64,000 nt of DNA from Callorhinchus milii (taxonomy: Eukaryota): the NCBI RefSeq assembly GCF_018977255.1, contig NW_024704742.1:21144001-21208000 (forward strand). The letters are read 5' to 3'. This document shows positions 1-13,159 of the stretch, in pieces. How positions within the stretch are numbered: the stretch's first letter is position 1; each line of letters begins with the position of its first letter. Position numbers and translations under genes: made by a program. The notes beneath the pieces were generated by a model. That model did not search any database, had not been told where the DNA came from, and saw only the letters and a list, made by a program, of their open reading frames with translations.

Positions 1-392
1 GAGCTTGAAAAATAAGTGATATGAAATGAAGGTGCAGTGAAAGCTCTTGAGGTCATTAGATGGGATTTGAAAGCAGAGAGGAAGAGATGATGGAGGGATT
101 TCTGAAGTTGGAGGGATTTTGCAACATGGGGAAGGATTGAGGTGAAGGAGGAAGCCTGGGGATCTTCAATCCAAGAACCTACAAGATCCACTATTTAGAA
201 ATTGTGTTGAGAATCTTGCAAGAAAGATCTCAATAAGAGATTTGCCTGACACTTTTTATTGGCGAATTTGTTCCTTTAAATATATTTCTGGACTCGATTT
301 GGGTTGACATGTTGCAGTTTTGGTGAAACAATGGGACCATAGTAGCCTCACATGGTCATGCATTACATAAACAGAGTTAATAATTAAGGCTT

Positions 393-1143
393 GGTAGCTC
401 AATCTTAAGGGGGGTGAACGTACAGAGAGATCTGGGCGTTCAAGTAAGCGATTCATTGAAGGTGGCAGAGCAGGTAGATAGGCAGTAAAAAGTGCATTTG
501 ATGTAATGAGCTTCATTAGTAGGGGCATAGGGTATAAGAGTAGGGAGGTTATGCTTAATCTGTACAAAACACTGGTGAGGCCTCAGCTGGAGTACTGCGT
601 CCAGTTCTGGGCACCTTACCTCAGGAAGGATATTAAGGCACTGGAAAGGGTGCAGAGGAGATTCACGAGAATGATGCCAGGAATGGGGAAGCATAGCTAT
701 GAGGACAGGCTGGAAAAGTTAGGACTTTTCCCATTAGAGCAGAGAAGGTTACGTGGGGACCTGATAGAGGTATTCAAGATCATGAAAGGTTTCGACAGGC
801 TAGATAGGGAAAAGCTGTTTCCGCTGGTAGGTGTGTCTGTGACTCGTGGTCACAATCTTAAGATATCTACCAAAAGAAGCAGAGGGAAGGTTAGAAGAAA
901 TTTTTTCACTCAGCGAGTTGTTAGAATTTGGAATGATCTGCCCGAAAGGGCAGTGAAGTCCGATTCGATAACAGCTTTTAAGAGAGAACTGGATAGGTAT
1001 CTGGAGAAGACAGGTTTGCAGGATTATGGGGAGAAAGCTGGTGAGTGGGGTTAATAAAAGTCAGTTGCTCTGTCAAAGAGCCGGCACAAACTCGATGGGC
1101 TGAATGGCCTCCTTCTGTGCTGTAACATTTTATGATTCTATGA
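393..1143 (+). mobile_element. CR1-clade LINE, 5'-truncated 3' end (ORF2 C-terminus plus 3' UTR)
   Basis: ORF 506-1054 has typical CR1 ORF2 C-terminal motifs (LYKTLVRPQLEYCVQFWAP, LEQRRLRGDLIEVFKIMKG, TRGH, FFTQRVVRIWNDLP). Upstream QRDLGVQVSDSLK is in another frame (1-bp shift near 480). The element ends with GATGGGCTGAATGGCCTCCTTCTGTGCTG and a GATTCTATGA terminal motif. Confidence 0.95.
506..1054 (+). pseudogene. CR1 ORF2 C-terminal fragment, 182 aa open to the native-looking stop
   Basis: ORF track translation; lacks the catalytic RT core because of 5' truncation. Confidence 0.85.
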
Positions 1144-3637
1144 ATAGCAATAAAGGTTTATAAAAGGCATTTTATAAAAGGCATTCTACTGACATCCTAC
1201 TGGAAAAGAGCATATCTCCAAAAGAAAGGAGGAAATTAACATTCAGTCATCAGTGTGCTGTACCTGAAACCTCTGGACCGATCAGTACAAATAGATGTTG
1301 GCCTGGGGGAGCATGGATTTCAGCAGTCCTGGGCAGACATAGACTAGGAAATTGAGTGCAATGTTGAAAGTTATTAGAGCCTTACCACAGTTTTCACGTA
1401 GCTGTAAATCTCGATATGAATAGAAACCCAATGCATGTGCATCAACAAGACAATTGCTAGGAACTAAGTCTTAAGTCTATTGCCAAAACTGCCCTAAAGC
1501 CTGCATGTTGGTAAATTCCTACCAGGATTTTTACGGCAGGAATGTTTAAGTGCTCTGGGACACAACCCTGCACGAGGGGCAGTATATAAATGCAAGTGAT
1601 TGTTGTTTCACTGCGTACACTAATGAAGATAAGTAAATAAATACAAATGATGCAAGCCTGCTTCGGGAGTCTAACATGATCAGGAGTTACATCAATTTTC
1701 TCCTATTGGTTCTTAAACCACTTGTAGTCTAAACAGGACATCTCTGAGAGCCAGATAGAATACAAATGTTGGCTTTGAAAAGAATTTCAACCGCATCAGA
1801 CATCTGTTCACATACCAAGTGGGCAGAAGAAGTTGTAACTGAGATCTTCGGGCTCATTAGCGTGATGCTGAATGTAGCAGTAACAGGAGGTAGAGAAGCC
1901 CAGGGCAATATTATGTCAGCAACCTGCTGATCAACAGGCACTGTACTTAGAATACATGTCTGCAACCTACTAAATCATGTAAGTTATGTACGGTACATTG
2001 CATGCAGAGTGCCAAATGCCATTTTATATAATTCTATGTAATAAACTATTTTTATTCCTACAATTGCCTTCTACACCCTCTACATTTGTGGCAAGCGTTG
2101 AGGTGTTTAAAAGAAAAGGTGCAAGTAAACCTAATGCTTAAGAAAAAGTGACATCTGTCAGTGAATTTATAATAATAATAATCTTTACATTTGTTATAGT
2201 GCCTTTCATGTCGGAGGACGTCTCAAACCACTTAACAGGAAAAATTGTGAATTGGAGTAAATTTTTTCTAGGCAAACACGGCAGCCAACTTGCACTGTAA
2301 TATTGTGATAAAGATACGGTAATAGACTTTTTTTTAAAGAAAATGGAGACAAAACAGATGGAAATGGATGTTTTGAGGCTTGTCCAGTGAGGCCAGTTTT
2401 TATTCCAAGTTAAGCTATCTATTACTACTTCTTAATTTTATTATTTGACAATCCAATATCATTTTTATTATTATTTTTATTTCCATTTGACTATCTGATA
2501 AATTGCTTTGGGTCAATTTCTTTTGCGTAAATCTCTCTTGCAGGGGTTTTATATTTTCCTTCAGTTCTATTTGAAAACCCAACCAGGACCCTAAAATCCT
2601 CAATGTCCTAATAATAAATAATAATGATAGTAATAACAATAATCTCCTTAAATGTGATATAATGTCTTGCATGTCGGGAAGATGTCTCAAAGCACTTACA
2701 GTTATGGTAAATTCTTACATTCTTATTTGCCCACAAAACATGCAGTCACCATACTTCCCAGTATATCCTGTGAAGCATTTTGTGACATCCTCTTGGCGTC
2801 GAAGGCGCTGAACCAAATGCAATTATTATTCAAATAATTAAATAACTACGATTATTTTTGGTTCATTTTTCACTTAAATTATTAAGTGGCACACAAAGTT
2901 TGAAAAGAAGCTCAATAAAAATTTCCTTTTAAATCAAGGTGTCTTTCATGGAACTTTTTTTCTTCATGGAGAAATGCCTTTGTTTAATGATGCAAATGAC
3001 ATTGAGGCAAGTCACTGCTTGAAGGTATCATCAAGTCTTTCGCATTCAAATTGATCATCATGAAAAGATTGCTTGGATTTTCTGGTGCTCAATTCCCAGC
3101 AACAAAGGCAAATTGCCATCTGGAATCAAAACTATAAAGATAAATTACGAGTAGCTATCGCTAACTTTATTTATAAGTAATTCCTTTATTCTTCTTTCAT
3201 GGAGAGTATGCAGCACAGAGTGAAAAGTTATGCAGTTTCAGCTGGTTAAAGTCCAACAGTACCTCACTGTGCACACTGGGGTCTCCAAGCGTTGTCTCTT
3301 ATCCGAGATCCAAAAAGGCCACTAAAGGATTTCACTAATTGGCCCAGTGACCATACTGTGGACAGCTCCGTCCTGTGCTGCTACTCTATCTTTAGGCTTT
3401 GTGTCGTGGATGCACGGAATACTAAGGTAGATTGATAGCTGACTCGATAGTTAAGCCAGCATTCATACAGGGAGATCTAAAAACTAAGTGAGGTCAATCT
3501 CCAACAGGTGGGATAAATTATTGTTCTGGGTTTCCTTTTTCGATCGCATTCAACATGTTATAAATCTTTAATAAAAAAAATTCAAAGCATAATTTTTGTA
3601 GCTCAAAATTAAGCATATATTTGAAAATAACCCATTT

Positions 3638-4068
3638 TATAATAATCCTTACATTTGGTAAAATGTCTTTTTATGCAATCGAAACATCTCAAAGTGCTTC
3701 CCACAAATTACTGTATTGTGTGATGACCGTATATTTGTAGTAAAACGAGGCAGTCAATTTTTGCACAACGGTGTCGCACAAACAGCTATGAAGTGAATGA
3801 CCAATTTTATTGTGGGATTGTTGTTGTTGGCTACAGCTTTGGGAAAAACTCCCTTCTTTTTTTGAATAGTACCAAAGATCTTTAATGTCCACCTGAACAG
3901 GCAGACAGGACCTTGGTTTAACATCTAATCCAAAGGACAGCACAACTAAAATTCAACACTCCATTGGAATATCAGGCTAGATTATGATCTTGGAGTCCTG
4001 ACGAAGGGTTGAGCTTGCCACCTTCTGATTCAAAGGCAATAGTACTATCAATTGAGTCAGGTTGACAT
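3638..4068 (-). mobile_element. DeuSINE-like SINE (SacSINE1/AmnSINE1-type), diverged near-full copy
   Basis: Reverse complement has a tRNA-like head (GTCAACCTGACTCAATTGATAG), Deu-like GGATTAGATGTTAAACCAAGGTCCTGTCTGCCTGTTCAGGTGGAC and a 3' tail ending AAATGTAAGGATTATT. Confidence 0.75.
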
Positions 4069-5499
4069 CTACGATAATAAAAATTAATTGCATGTGACAT
4101 TGCAGCATTATTAAATTAATCTATGGCATTATTTCAGATCATTGTGGTGCACTGTAATAATATGTATTCAGAAATTATATCTGATTTTATAATCATTTTA
4201 AAAACTTAAAATCAAATGTGATAAGAAATTAAAATGTCAGCAGCTGAAAGTTTCCTTGAACTGCATTTCAAATTGCTAAATCTGTAATAAAACCTCGTAG
4301 ATCAACAGAATGAGCTGAAAAGCATACAATGCAAATCAAACGTAATAGAAATGAAATCAAGCAAGCCAACATTTTCTTCTTTTTTTAATGTTTCAGTAAG
4401 TACGAAATTACTGGGTGAATTGCTTAAAAAGAACAAAATGCCTTTGATCAATTACTTGAAAATGAAAAAGGAAAAAAATACAATATACAGTTGAGAAGAG
4501 GTGGTTTTGAGGCTTAGAAATGCTTTATAATGCAAACACAATTACAGAAATATTCAAGGAGTGAACTGATATTATTAGCAAAAAGCACAGGTTGATTTGT
4601 GAGCCATTTGCAGAATAAAACAATTCCTGATTTACATTGTGCGCAATGTGGGATTTACTTCATCAGGAACTGAAATGATGAATGTTAAATACAATCCTTC
4701 CAGTAAGTCTTCATAATTACAAATGAAGACATTTAAAATAAAGAGCTTTTGCATTTTTCATAATAAAAGCTTAATTCTGTGTCTGTGGTCATGTCATAGT
4801 CAGGGATTGTTTTTGAAAGAAACGACTGCTTGCCTTACAGTTAATGATGTGGAAATTTAATAAATGGTATTGCTGACTTTAAAGAACAAGTTAAGTAAAC
4901 CACAGGCTTTCATAAAAGTGCCACATGTCAATGTATTCTTTTTTATCGTGGCAATACGTTTTTATTGAAGAATGGGGAGAAATAATGCACATTAATTTGA
5001 GTATAGTGAAGCCAGCTTGCAAAGCATCTTTTGCCTTTCTAAAGCCATTTTTAGAATATAACTGTTCTGCATCAGTCCTGAAGACTTCTCTTTTCTCAGA
5101 ACCATAAAGAAAGAATTTAATAATCCTCACATTTGATAATCAGCGCTCTCCCAGGACTGCATTGGAATGTCAAATCTGGATTGTGCTCCTGAAGTCCTGA
5201 CATCAGGCTTTAACTCACAAAATTGGCAAAGGAGAAAAATAGGACTTAAGGTTGTAAGTTCAGGCATACATATGAAAATACTGTTGTTACATAATGTTCC
5301 TGTGTTGCTGGGGCTGTGAAATGTATTCTGTAGAATATAACTGATTAAGAGTTGAAGAATATTGGTTCTAATGTTAGATTGATTACCTTGAGTATCACTA
5401 GATTACCTTAGAGGAAATTGTATCACAGTTTGGCTTCATTATTTATCTGTGACTGATCCCATTTTTTCTTTTCTTTCCTATCAATCAACATTGTATGCA

Positions 5500-6120
5500 G
5501 TTCACCAGCCTTACATCGGTAGGACGTCTCAAAGTGCTTTACAGAATATGCTGTGAAAAGTGGATTGTTGGCCCAACACATGGAAAAGCTTATTTTTTTA
5601 AAATAGTGCTGTAGGATCTTTAACGTCTATCTGAATAGGCAGTCAGGATCTCAGTTTAAAATCTCATCCAAACGATGATGGCAAGCAGAGCATAGGAGTG
5701 TCAGTCTAGAGAGTAAGTCCATAGTTCCTATCTGGCACTGGAATCCCCAATCTTCTGACTCAGATGAGAGTGATACCAACCGACTTATGGCATCTTATCA
5801 CATTAAAACATTTCAAAGCACATCACAGGTAATAATATTTATTTTCATTCTGCACTGTTGTGGTTGTTATTGTAGACAAACAGGCCAGACTTTTGTGCGA
5901 GTCAAAACCTTCAAACAGTCATGAGATGAATGGCCAGTTAATCTACAAAATTCTTAATATGATGAAACTCCCATCTATTTTTTGAGACATATCATAGGAC
6001 CTTTATTCTGAAGAACAGGCAAACAAGAGCTTTGACATCTCCTCCAAAGGATGCCACGTCCCAAAGGGCAGTCCAGAACTACACTAACAGTGAAGTGTCA
6101 GTTTAGTCTAGGAGCTCAAT
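5500..6120 (-). mobile_element. Two adjacent diverged DeuSINE-like fragments
   Basis: GGATCTTTAACGTCTATCTGAATAGGCAG...TTTAAAATCTCATCCAAA and GAACAGGCAAAC...GACATCTCCTCCAAAGG match the reverse of the Deu-like body seen in other copies. Confidence 0.55.
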
Positions 6121-6134
6121 TAGTGGTGAAACAT

Positions 6135-6472
6135 AACCACAACAACAACAACGTTACATTTATAGAGCGCCTTTCATATCAGGAGGATGTCCCAAGGCAT
6201 AGGGCAGTCAGGGGTCAGAACCAGAGCATGGAGGAGGGGTGGGGTAGGAGTGAGGGAAGACAGAGAGATGGGAGGGTGACTGAAGGCACGATCGAAGAGG
6301 AGGGTCTTGAGACCAGCGTTGAAGGAGGCAAGGGAGGAAGCGAGGTGAAGGGACTGTGGGATGGAATTCCAGAGTGTGGGGGCAGAGAGGCTGAAAGCCC
6401 AGCCACCGATGGTAGGGCGGGTCGGGCAGGAGACATGGAACAGACCAGAGCCCGCTGAACAGACGGAGGGCT
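6135..6472 (-). mobile_element. L2-clade LINE 3' end
   Basis: (CAA)n tail, CATTTATAGAGCGCCTTTCA terminal motif, purine-rich body homologous to the 3' end of the L2 at 52470-54665. Confidence 0.85.
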
Positions 6473-7524
6473 ATTTAATAAGAATAATATTAATAAGACT
6501 TCCATTTTAATATAATAGTAATAATAATAATACTTGCATTTGATATAGTGCCTTTCACATTAGGGAGGACATCTCAAAGTGCTTCACAGGATTTTACTGC
6601 AATGTGTAGTGAATGCATACTTTTTGGGCGAATTTGAGGCAATGAGAATAAAACAATGCAGGAGGTGCTAACTGGATTTGCAGAGAACTCATAAATATTG
6701 AAGCGTACAGGTAACGCGCTGTGCATGACTCCAACCCATGGGAACTTAACTCCAACATGCCCAGAAGGAGATTGCATCAGAACGGATATCCCATGGGTCA
6801 GTGTGGCACAGCAGGATTGAATATTTACAGATCGAGGTTGTGACTCTGCATTTAAGATTCCAATCAAAGTGATAGAGATGATCAATTTGAAATACCTGAG
6901 TATCTGGCATTAAGATCAATAGACTTCAGTTGGACTGAGGCAGCCCGATTTGAAGTACTAAACTTCAGATTCACTTGACTCATCATTAGGCACGGAAATG
7001 TTAAAGCCTTGAAGCTCTGAACCAGTGTTAAACAAATACAAGCGGAGGAACAAGACAATAGCAGAAGAAACGTACAAGTTTTTATAGAAACTCAAAGAAG
7101 CAGATGGGACCCATTCAGGCAAAATACCAATAATTTCTGTGCGAGTTCAGCAGTGGCTGATGCGAAATGTCACGCAAAACATTTAATTATAGCATAAATG
7201 TGATTAACACTGACAGTGCTTCTTGTGAAGGCAAAGCGTCGCATCTTGGGACTGAAGCCTTCAAAGTGAAACTGCACCCATGGGAAAGGTAGCTGGATAA
7301 TTAAGCAGAAAAGCTGCACATCACATGTGAGGAATAAAGGTGTTGCTTTTAATCTCTTGCTGGCAAACATGAAACCTTTGAATGCTGACATCATTCTCAT
7401 GGTTCACAAAAATAATGAGCACTGAAATATTTAACCAGAGGGAACATGAAAAAAACATTCTTAATTTTCACAGCCTTTAAGGATGCTAGTCAGTTTCTTC
7501 AGCAGTGAGAATAGTATACAGCTC

Positions 7525-7780
7525 GCAGCACAAACTAGGCTGATAGTCCAATATAGTGCTGAGGGGAAGATGTGTTGTCAGAGTTGCTGTGCTTTGATGA
7601 GACCCCAAACTGAGGTCCCATCTGCCCATCCAGGTAGTTGCCAAAGATCCCATGGCACCACTTAAAAGGAGAAGGGAAGTCCCTCCTGGCATTCTGGCCC
7701 CAAATCCCCCAAACAAAATTGGTCACTGACCATCCCACACAAAATTGCCTGTTGAGTTTCTCCACAAACTATACATAGTC
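7525..7780 (+). mobile_element. DeuSINE-like central fragment
   Basis: AGTGCTGAGGGG...GATGAGACCCCAAACTGAGGTCCCATCTGCCCATCCAGGTAG...AAAGATCCCATGGCAC. Confidence 0.65.
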
Positions 7781-9824
7781 AAAGCGATTTAGTCCAACTC
7801 CATCATCCCATACAGCAAATATGGTGAGCTACAGAATGTGACATGCTACTTCCTGGAGAGGAAAGCAACATGAGTCCTAATAAATAGGTATTGACAAGTT
7901 GGAATTGATCCACTTACCACACCACCATCATGCTGGGTTCACTAAGGAAAGTGCACGTGGACAAAGTTCTTTTATTTTCATCAGTGACTTGCTATCAAAA
8001 ATAACTTGCAAGGCACAGCAGATACAAACAAATCTGAACAGTGAATAGACAAATGGCAAATTGCCTTTATGGTTGAGATGAATAAGGTCATGGCAAATCA
8101 AGGATGATAAATGGAGCCCGAGGTTATCTTCCCATCTATGATCTACAAGTGCTCCAAATTCCACTTACAAACTCCTCGATCAGGCTAAATGTATGATGAA
8201 GGTGATTGGAAAAACTAGTGAGAGAATAGAAATCCTCAGCAAAGCTTAACTCTGCTTCAGCACTATGAGTATCGCAGGATGCCATAGACTTACATCAATT
8301 TAAAATAATAATAATAATCCATACATTTGGTTTAGAGCCTTTCATGTCGGGAGGATGTCTCAAAGCACTTCAGGAGTGGAATTACATTGTCTTTTTGTGG
8401 GCAAATGCAACAGCTAATTTGCAGAAAGTACTTTGTCTGTTTGTCTTTGTGGAATTTATAATGAAGACAAAAGAAACTTTAAAAAAAAGGCAAAATAACT
8501 AAATGAGCCACTGGAAGGTTGCTTGCGTCTGCTGAATGGTAGACTTTTCAGTTGTCATCTGCACTGTCATCTTTTGTAACAGGCTGGTAATAGGCAGAGT
8601 GCTTATCCTTTGTCATCTTGGAGCCTGCACTTAGACACTGCCCTTACCAAATGAACGCCTAAGGGATTAGAGGTTACTCAGTACAAATTGTTCTACTGGA
8701 TGCATTTTACATGGTCACATGCCAAGCTTCCACAGACTAAATTTAAAAAAATGTCAATACATGGTCTTAATGCTAAGAGCACAAGAACTTTTGGACACCA
8801 GAGCTCGTACTAACTAATGGATAAGTGGTATGGTTAGCTTGCAATTCCAGTAGAGCTAAGGAAAAGTGTCTGACAAACAGGTACTGCTCTCTTTTTGCTG
8901 ATGCTGTACTATATGTAGGTGGGCCATCTGTCAAGTTCTGTTGGGGAGTCCTGATCAAAATGTGCATGCTTGCACTATGATAGAATGGTTGTTGGAAGTC
9001 ATTATGCACCATGTGTAATGAAATCAGAAAACATATGATGTTGTCATTCTAGAATCAGATATGAGTATCTCAAGGGGTTTCCGTTTCAAGTTGGAACTGC
9101 TTTGATTTTAATGAGATTTCGAATCCTTGCGTATTTTGCCACAAATATATTTGCTTCAGCAAATAATGCATCTGCTTTCTTAAATTGCTCATTTCCTTCT
9201 CATAATTAATCAGACAGTGTTGACTCCACATAACTGAGCCTGCCTGTGAATTCTATGATGAATTCCTATTGAAATTCACAAGTTATTAAAATTAATGAGA
9301 CTAAAATAATTAAACACCTCTTTGATCTTCAGTGTTAAAGACCTCTCTCTCAGTATGAAATTAATTTTCAAGACTTTTGGACCTATCACAAGGAGAGAAA
9401 AAACATGTGCAACTGAAAAAAAAGTAGATGGAAAGTTCGAGTACAATAGAGTACAAAACAATGGGTAAAAATTCCAACGTTCCTCAACTAACAGCGGCAT
9501 GAGCTCCCCACTAGATAGTCACACATTCCTCTCAGTAAAAGGTTTTTCTTCCTTTTCAGAACCCATTCACTGCCATTTATGATTTTGAAGTGAACCTTAA
9601 AGAAAAATTAGACATAAGAATGGCTTCCAGGTTTTCGTTTCTGTTGAAATGAACCCTGCAATTTTTACCTCAATATAAGAAAGATTCAATATTTATGCTT
9701 TCCAGCTTTGGCTAGTTTTATTCTCAGCAACTTGTGCAGATGATCACCACTTCCACTTAATGTAATATTGAACTGGTCCCGGGTCCTTGATAAACAATGG
9801 AACTTGACTGGTTGTTTGTTCTCA

Positions 9825-10692
9825 CAACATCAACAACAACTTGCATTTATGCAACCGCCTTCATGTAAGTTAACATCTCAAAGTGTTTCGAGCAGGGGAG
9901 AACGTGGAGAAGGAGGTCACCATAGGCATGGTTAAAGAGGTAGGTTTTCAAGTTTGGAGTCCTGTAGCTCAGTGGTTAGAGCACTCGCTTTGCAAGTGAG
10001 AGACCTGAGTTCAATTCCAGGCAGGTCAGGGCGAAACCTTGGGCAAGTTTCCTTACTCCACACGCCTAATAATAATCCCTCCAAAAAGACAAAACAATAA
10101 TAAATTGGTCATTTTCAATCCATGACTGTTTGTGGGACATTGCTGTGCGCAATTGGCTGCTGCGTTCGCCCACAAATATACAGTCAATTCACTTTACAGC
10201 ATATTCTGTGAAGCGCTTTGGGACGTCTTGAAGACATGAAAAGCGCTATATCAAATGCAAGGATTATTATTATTATAAGTGGGATTTAAAGACAGAGAGG
10301 GGGAAAGTTGGAGGTATAGAGCCAGGAAGCTCCAGAGGTTAGGGGTGTAGTGACTGAAAGCATGGTGCCTTGATGATGACATGGTGGAGGAGAGGTGGGA
10401 GATGTGCAGTAAGCCTGTGTATGTTGAGCAAGGACGGATAGAGGAGTGGAGTAGGAGCAGATCAGAGAGGTAGCGAGATGCTGGGCATGAAGTGATTTAC
10501 ATGTGAATTTGAAGATCTTGAATTCAATCCATTCAAGACAGGGAGACAATGGAGCTTGTTGAGGATTGGGGTGATGGCAAGTGGAATTTGTTGCTGGTAA
10601 GGATACATGCAGTGGAATTTTTTTTAAAAACTGTATCTTTTGGATGGTGGAACTGGGAAGATCAGTGAGGCGTTCATTTGAGAAATCAAGGC
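9825..10692 (-). mobile_element. L2 3' fragment interrupted by a SINE at 9954-10276
   Basis: (CAA)n CTTGCATTTAT tail at 9825; the L2 sequence resumes after the SINE (GGGATTTAAAG...TTGAAGATCTTGAATTCAAT). Confidence 0.75.
9954..10276 (+). mobile_element. Young tRNA-Ala-like composite SINE, full length
   Basis: A box TAGCTCAGTGG, B box GTTCAATTCC, anticodon-like loop TTTGCAA, CCTTGGGCAAGTT segment, tail GCGCTATATCAAATGCAAGG(ATT)n; flanked by AAGT on both sides; near-identical copies elsewhere in the window. Confidence 0.95.
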
Positions 10693-10785
10693 TCACAATA
10701 CTCACAGTAATAAAAAACTGGAACACATTTCCCCGAAAAGCCATAGATGAGGAATATAGAGAGACAGAGATAGATACTTGGAGAA

Positions 10786-10970
10786 CAAACAACAACAACT
10801 TGCATTTATATAGCATCCCAGAGCGCTTCACAGTCTGACAACAAGCCAGGAGGCGAGGGAGGGGGGGAAGGTGACCGTAAGAACGATCAAAAAGGAAAGT
10901 CTTTAGGCGGGATTTGAAGGTGGGGAGGGAGGGAGCAAGGCGGAGGGATTGAGAGAGAGAGTTCCACAGT
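10786..10970 (-). mobile_element. L2 short 3' end
   Basis: (CAA)n CTTGCATTTATATAGC followed by a purine-rich L2 3' UTR-like sequence. Confidence 0.75.
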
Positions 10971-11952
10971 TTAAATATTAAATATAAATGAAAATATTGA
11001 GGGATATGTGGGGAGAAATTCCATCTGTTATCTTAATTTTGAAAGTGGTTCTATTAAGAATTCAAGAAAAGAAACTTAAAAATTAAGACTGAACTCAACA
11101 ATTTACTGAATCCTGGATGCTCTAAAATGCTGCACATATGCTGTAAAATCAAAAAACAACCTTTACAAAGGGCAATTGAATTGTTACTAATCTAATTAAA
11201 AGAAGCATGGGTGGACGACAAATTAATAAACATAATGCGTTGAAGTTTTTATGACCTGATGAAATACTGCTGTGTAGTGTAGATCCTAAGATATTTCTAA
11301 AATTCACGCTGATTTTAAGTACTAATTACGGCTGCAGTGTATTTGATTATCATGAGCATGAGACTTAGAACTTTTGCCAGCTATTGTTTCACAATTACAT
11401 ATATATGGATATAGTGAATAGATCCAATATTTACTTCTAGAATTGTATTTGAAGATAATGAAAAACTAACATGCTGTTTTTGAGATAAAAGGTGTCCTTA
11501 TATTTCCACCTGTGGAATTTCAATTTGGAAATTTAGGAATAAAATTATACAGAGTATTTGATTAGACCAATTTCATCCAAATTCAGATATGAAGTGAGTC
11601 AAGAGTATTTCATTGCTTTCAGGCTGCATTTATACAGAAACATATCACTGCCAAATCATTATAGTGGTCCAAATTCAATACAAATTATAACAAACGGAAG
11701 GAGCAAATAGGATACTCTGTTTGCATTACAATAATAAAAATATTGCTAGTGAAATTAGTTGTTTATTCTTAACATGACTGAAAGATTGCACTGTTTGCTC
11801 CTTACACTGCTCTGAGATGCTATCCCGCATGAAGGATGCTATATAAATGTAAGTTGCTGTTGTTGCTGACAGATCCAGAAAACTTCTTGTTTTTTGGGCT
11901 GACTTTCTGTATATTTTCAGCTCATGCACTGTAATGTTGGAAAAAACATTGG

Positions 11953-12168
11953 TACAGAAACATAGAAACAGGAGTAGGCCATTCAGGCCATCGAGCCTGT
12001 TCCGCCAATTCTATAAGATCATGGGCTGTATAGCAAGTCCAGTTACCCACCCTTGCCCCATATCCCTTAATACCCTGGACTAACAAATGGCTATCCACTT
12101 CAGTCTTGAAGATATGAATGGATCCAGGCATCCTTTTGGGGGAGAGAGTTTCAAATTTCTACCATCCT
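11953..12168 (-). mobile_element. CR1 3' end
   Basis: CATAGAAACAGGAGTAGGCCATTCAGGCCATCGAGCCTG is a reversed CR1 terminus; minus ORF reads IHIFKTEVDSHLLVQGIKGYG. Confidence 0.85.
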
Positions 12169-13159
12169 ATTGCAGTAATAAAACTATTTAAATATCGGAA
12201 TGTCTTTGTTATTGTAATGTTAACCTTACATATTTAAATTAAGACCTACAATTCAATTTAAAATATTTCATTTTAAAATACTTCATATCTGCCTGTACTG
12301 CCATCCCATCCTTCATCATTTTCCCCCATTATCTCAGCAGCCTTTTTTTTAAAGACTAATTTCCCTTTATTCTTTTCCATTTAACATTATAATCCCTTCT
12401 TTTCCTATTGTTAAAATAAATTAAATGTCAAGAATTTTTCATTTCCTATTCCCACCCCCTCTCTCAAACCGGCCATTTTAAGTAGGAAGCATTTGTTCTA
12501 AGATTTAAGTGGCTAAGAGCTGCTTTTTAAGATCAAGATTTTAGCTCATCCAAATGCCCGAATATAAAGATTTGCATGGGTAAATCTAATATGCAATCTG
12601 TAATCAAATCTGTATACTTGGCAGCAGTCTTAGAGTCCAACAGGAAAACTCACTGTAAGGGCACTGTAAGGATCTACCTTCCCAATCAACCATTTGAGAA
12701 ATATTGAAACATCCACAGTAATAATTCAGATCACCAGAGCAGCTCAGATGAAGAAACCTCAAAAGAAAGCTCCAACAGACCATTTGATTCATTCCTTACT
12801 CACAAATGGGAAATACAATTGCAAAATAAATAAAGTCACAAAATGAATCCTGTCACTTAAAATAAATGTTATTCACAGACCTCTTAAAATTTCTATTGCC
12901 CAGATCCTATATCACGAGCAGAAAATAGAGCACAAGACATAGCATGGTGCATGTTTTCTAACTGACAATTCGTCTGTCTGTCCTCCCCCATTCTTTAATG
13001 TACTGTTAGCTGGAGCACAGTTCTAGATATAGCAGTGAATAATATGATGCGTATAACAGATTTAATAATAATAATGATATTTACATTTGCTATAGAGCCT
13101 TTCACATCGGAAAGCTGTTTCAAAGCGCTTCACATGATATACTGTAAAGTGTATTATCT

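Noticed and set aside
9560..9630. Exon-like NPFTAIYDFEVNLKEKLDIR resembling an SH3 start after a good acceptor
   Set aside because: No convincing donor, no remaining SH3 motifs, and the sequence resembles the palindromic repeat family.
9954..10030. tRNA-Ala genes
   Set aside because: Each tRNA-like head continues into a SINE body and tail with no Pol III terminator after the acceptor stem.
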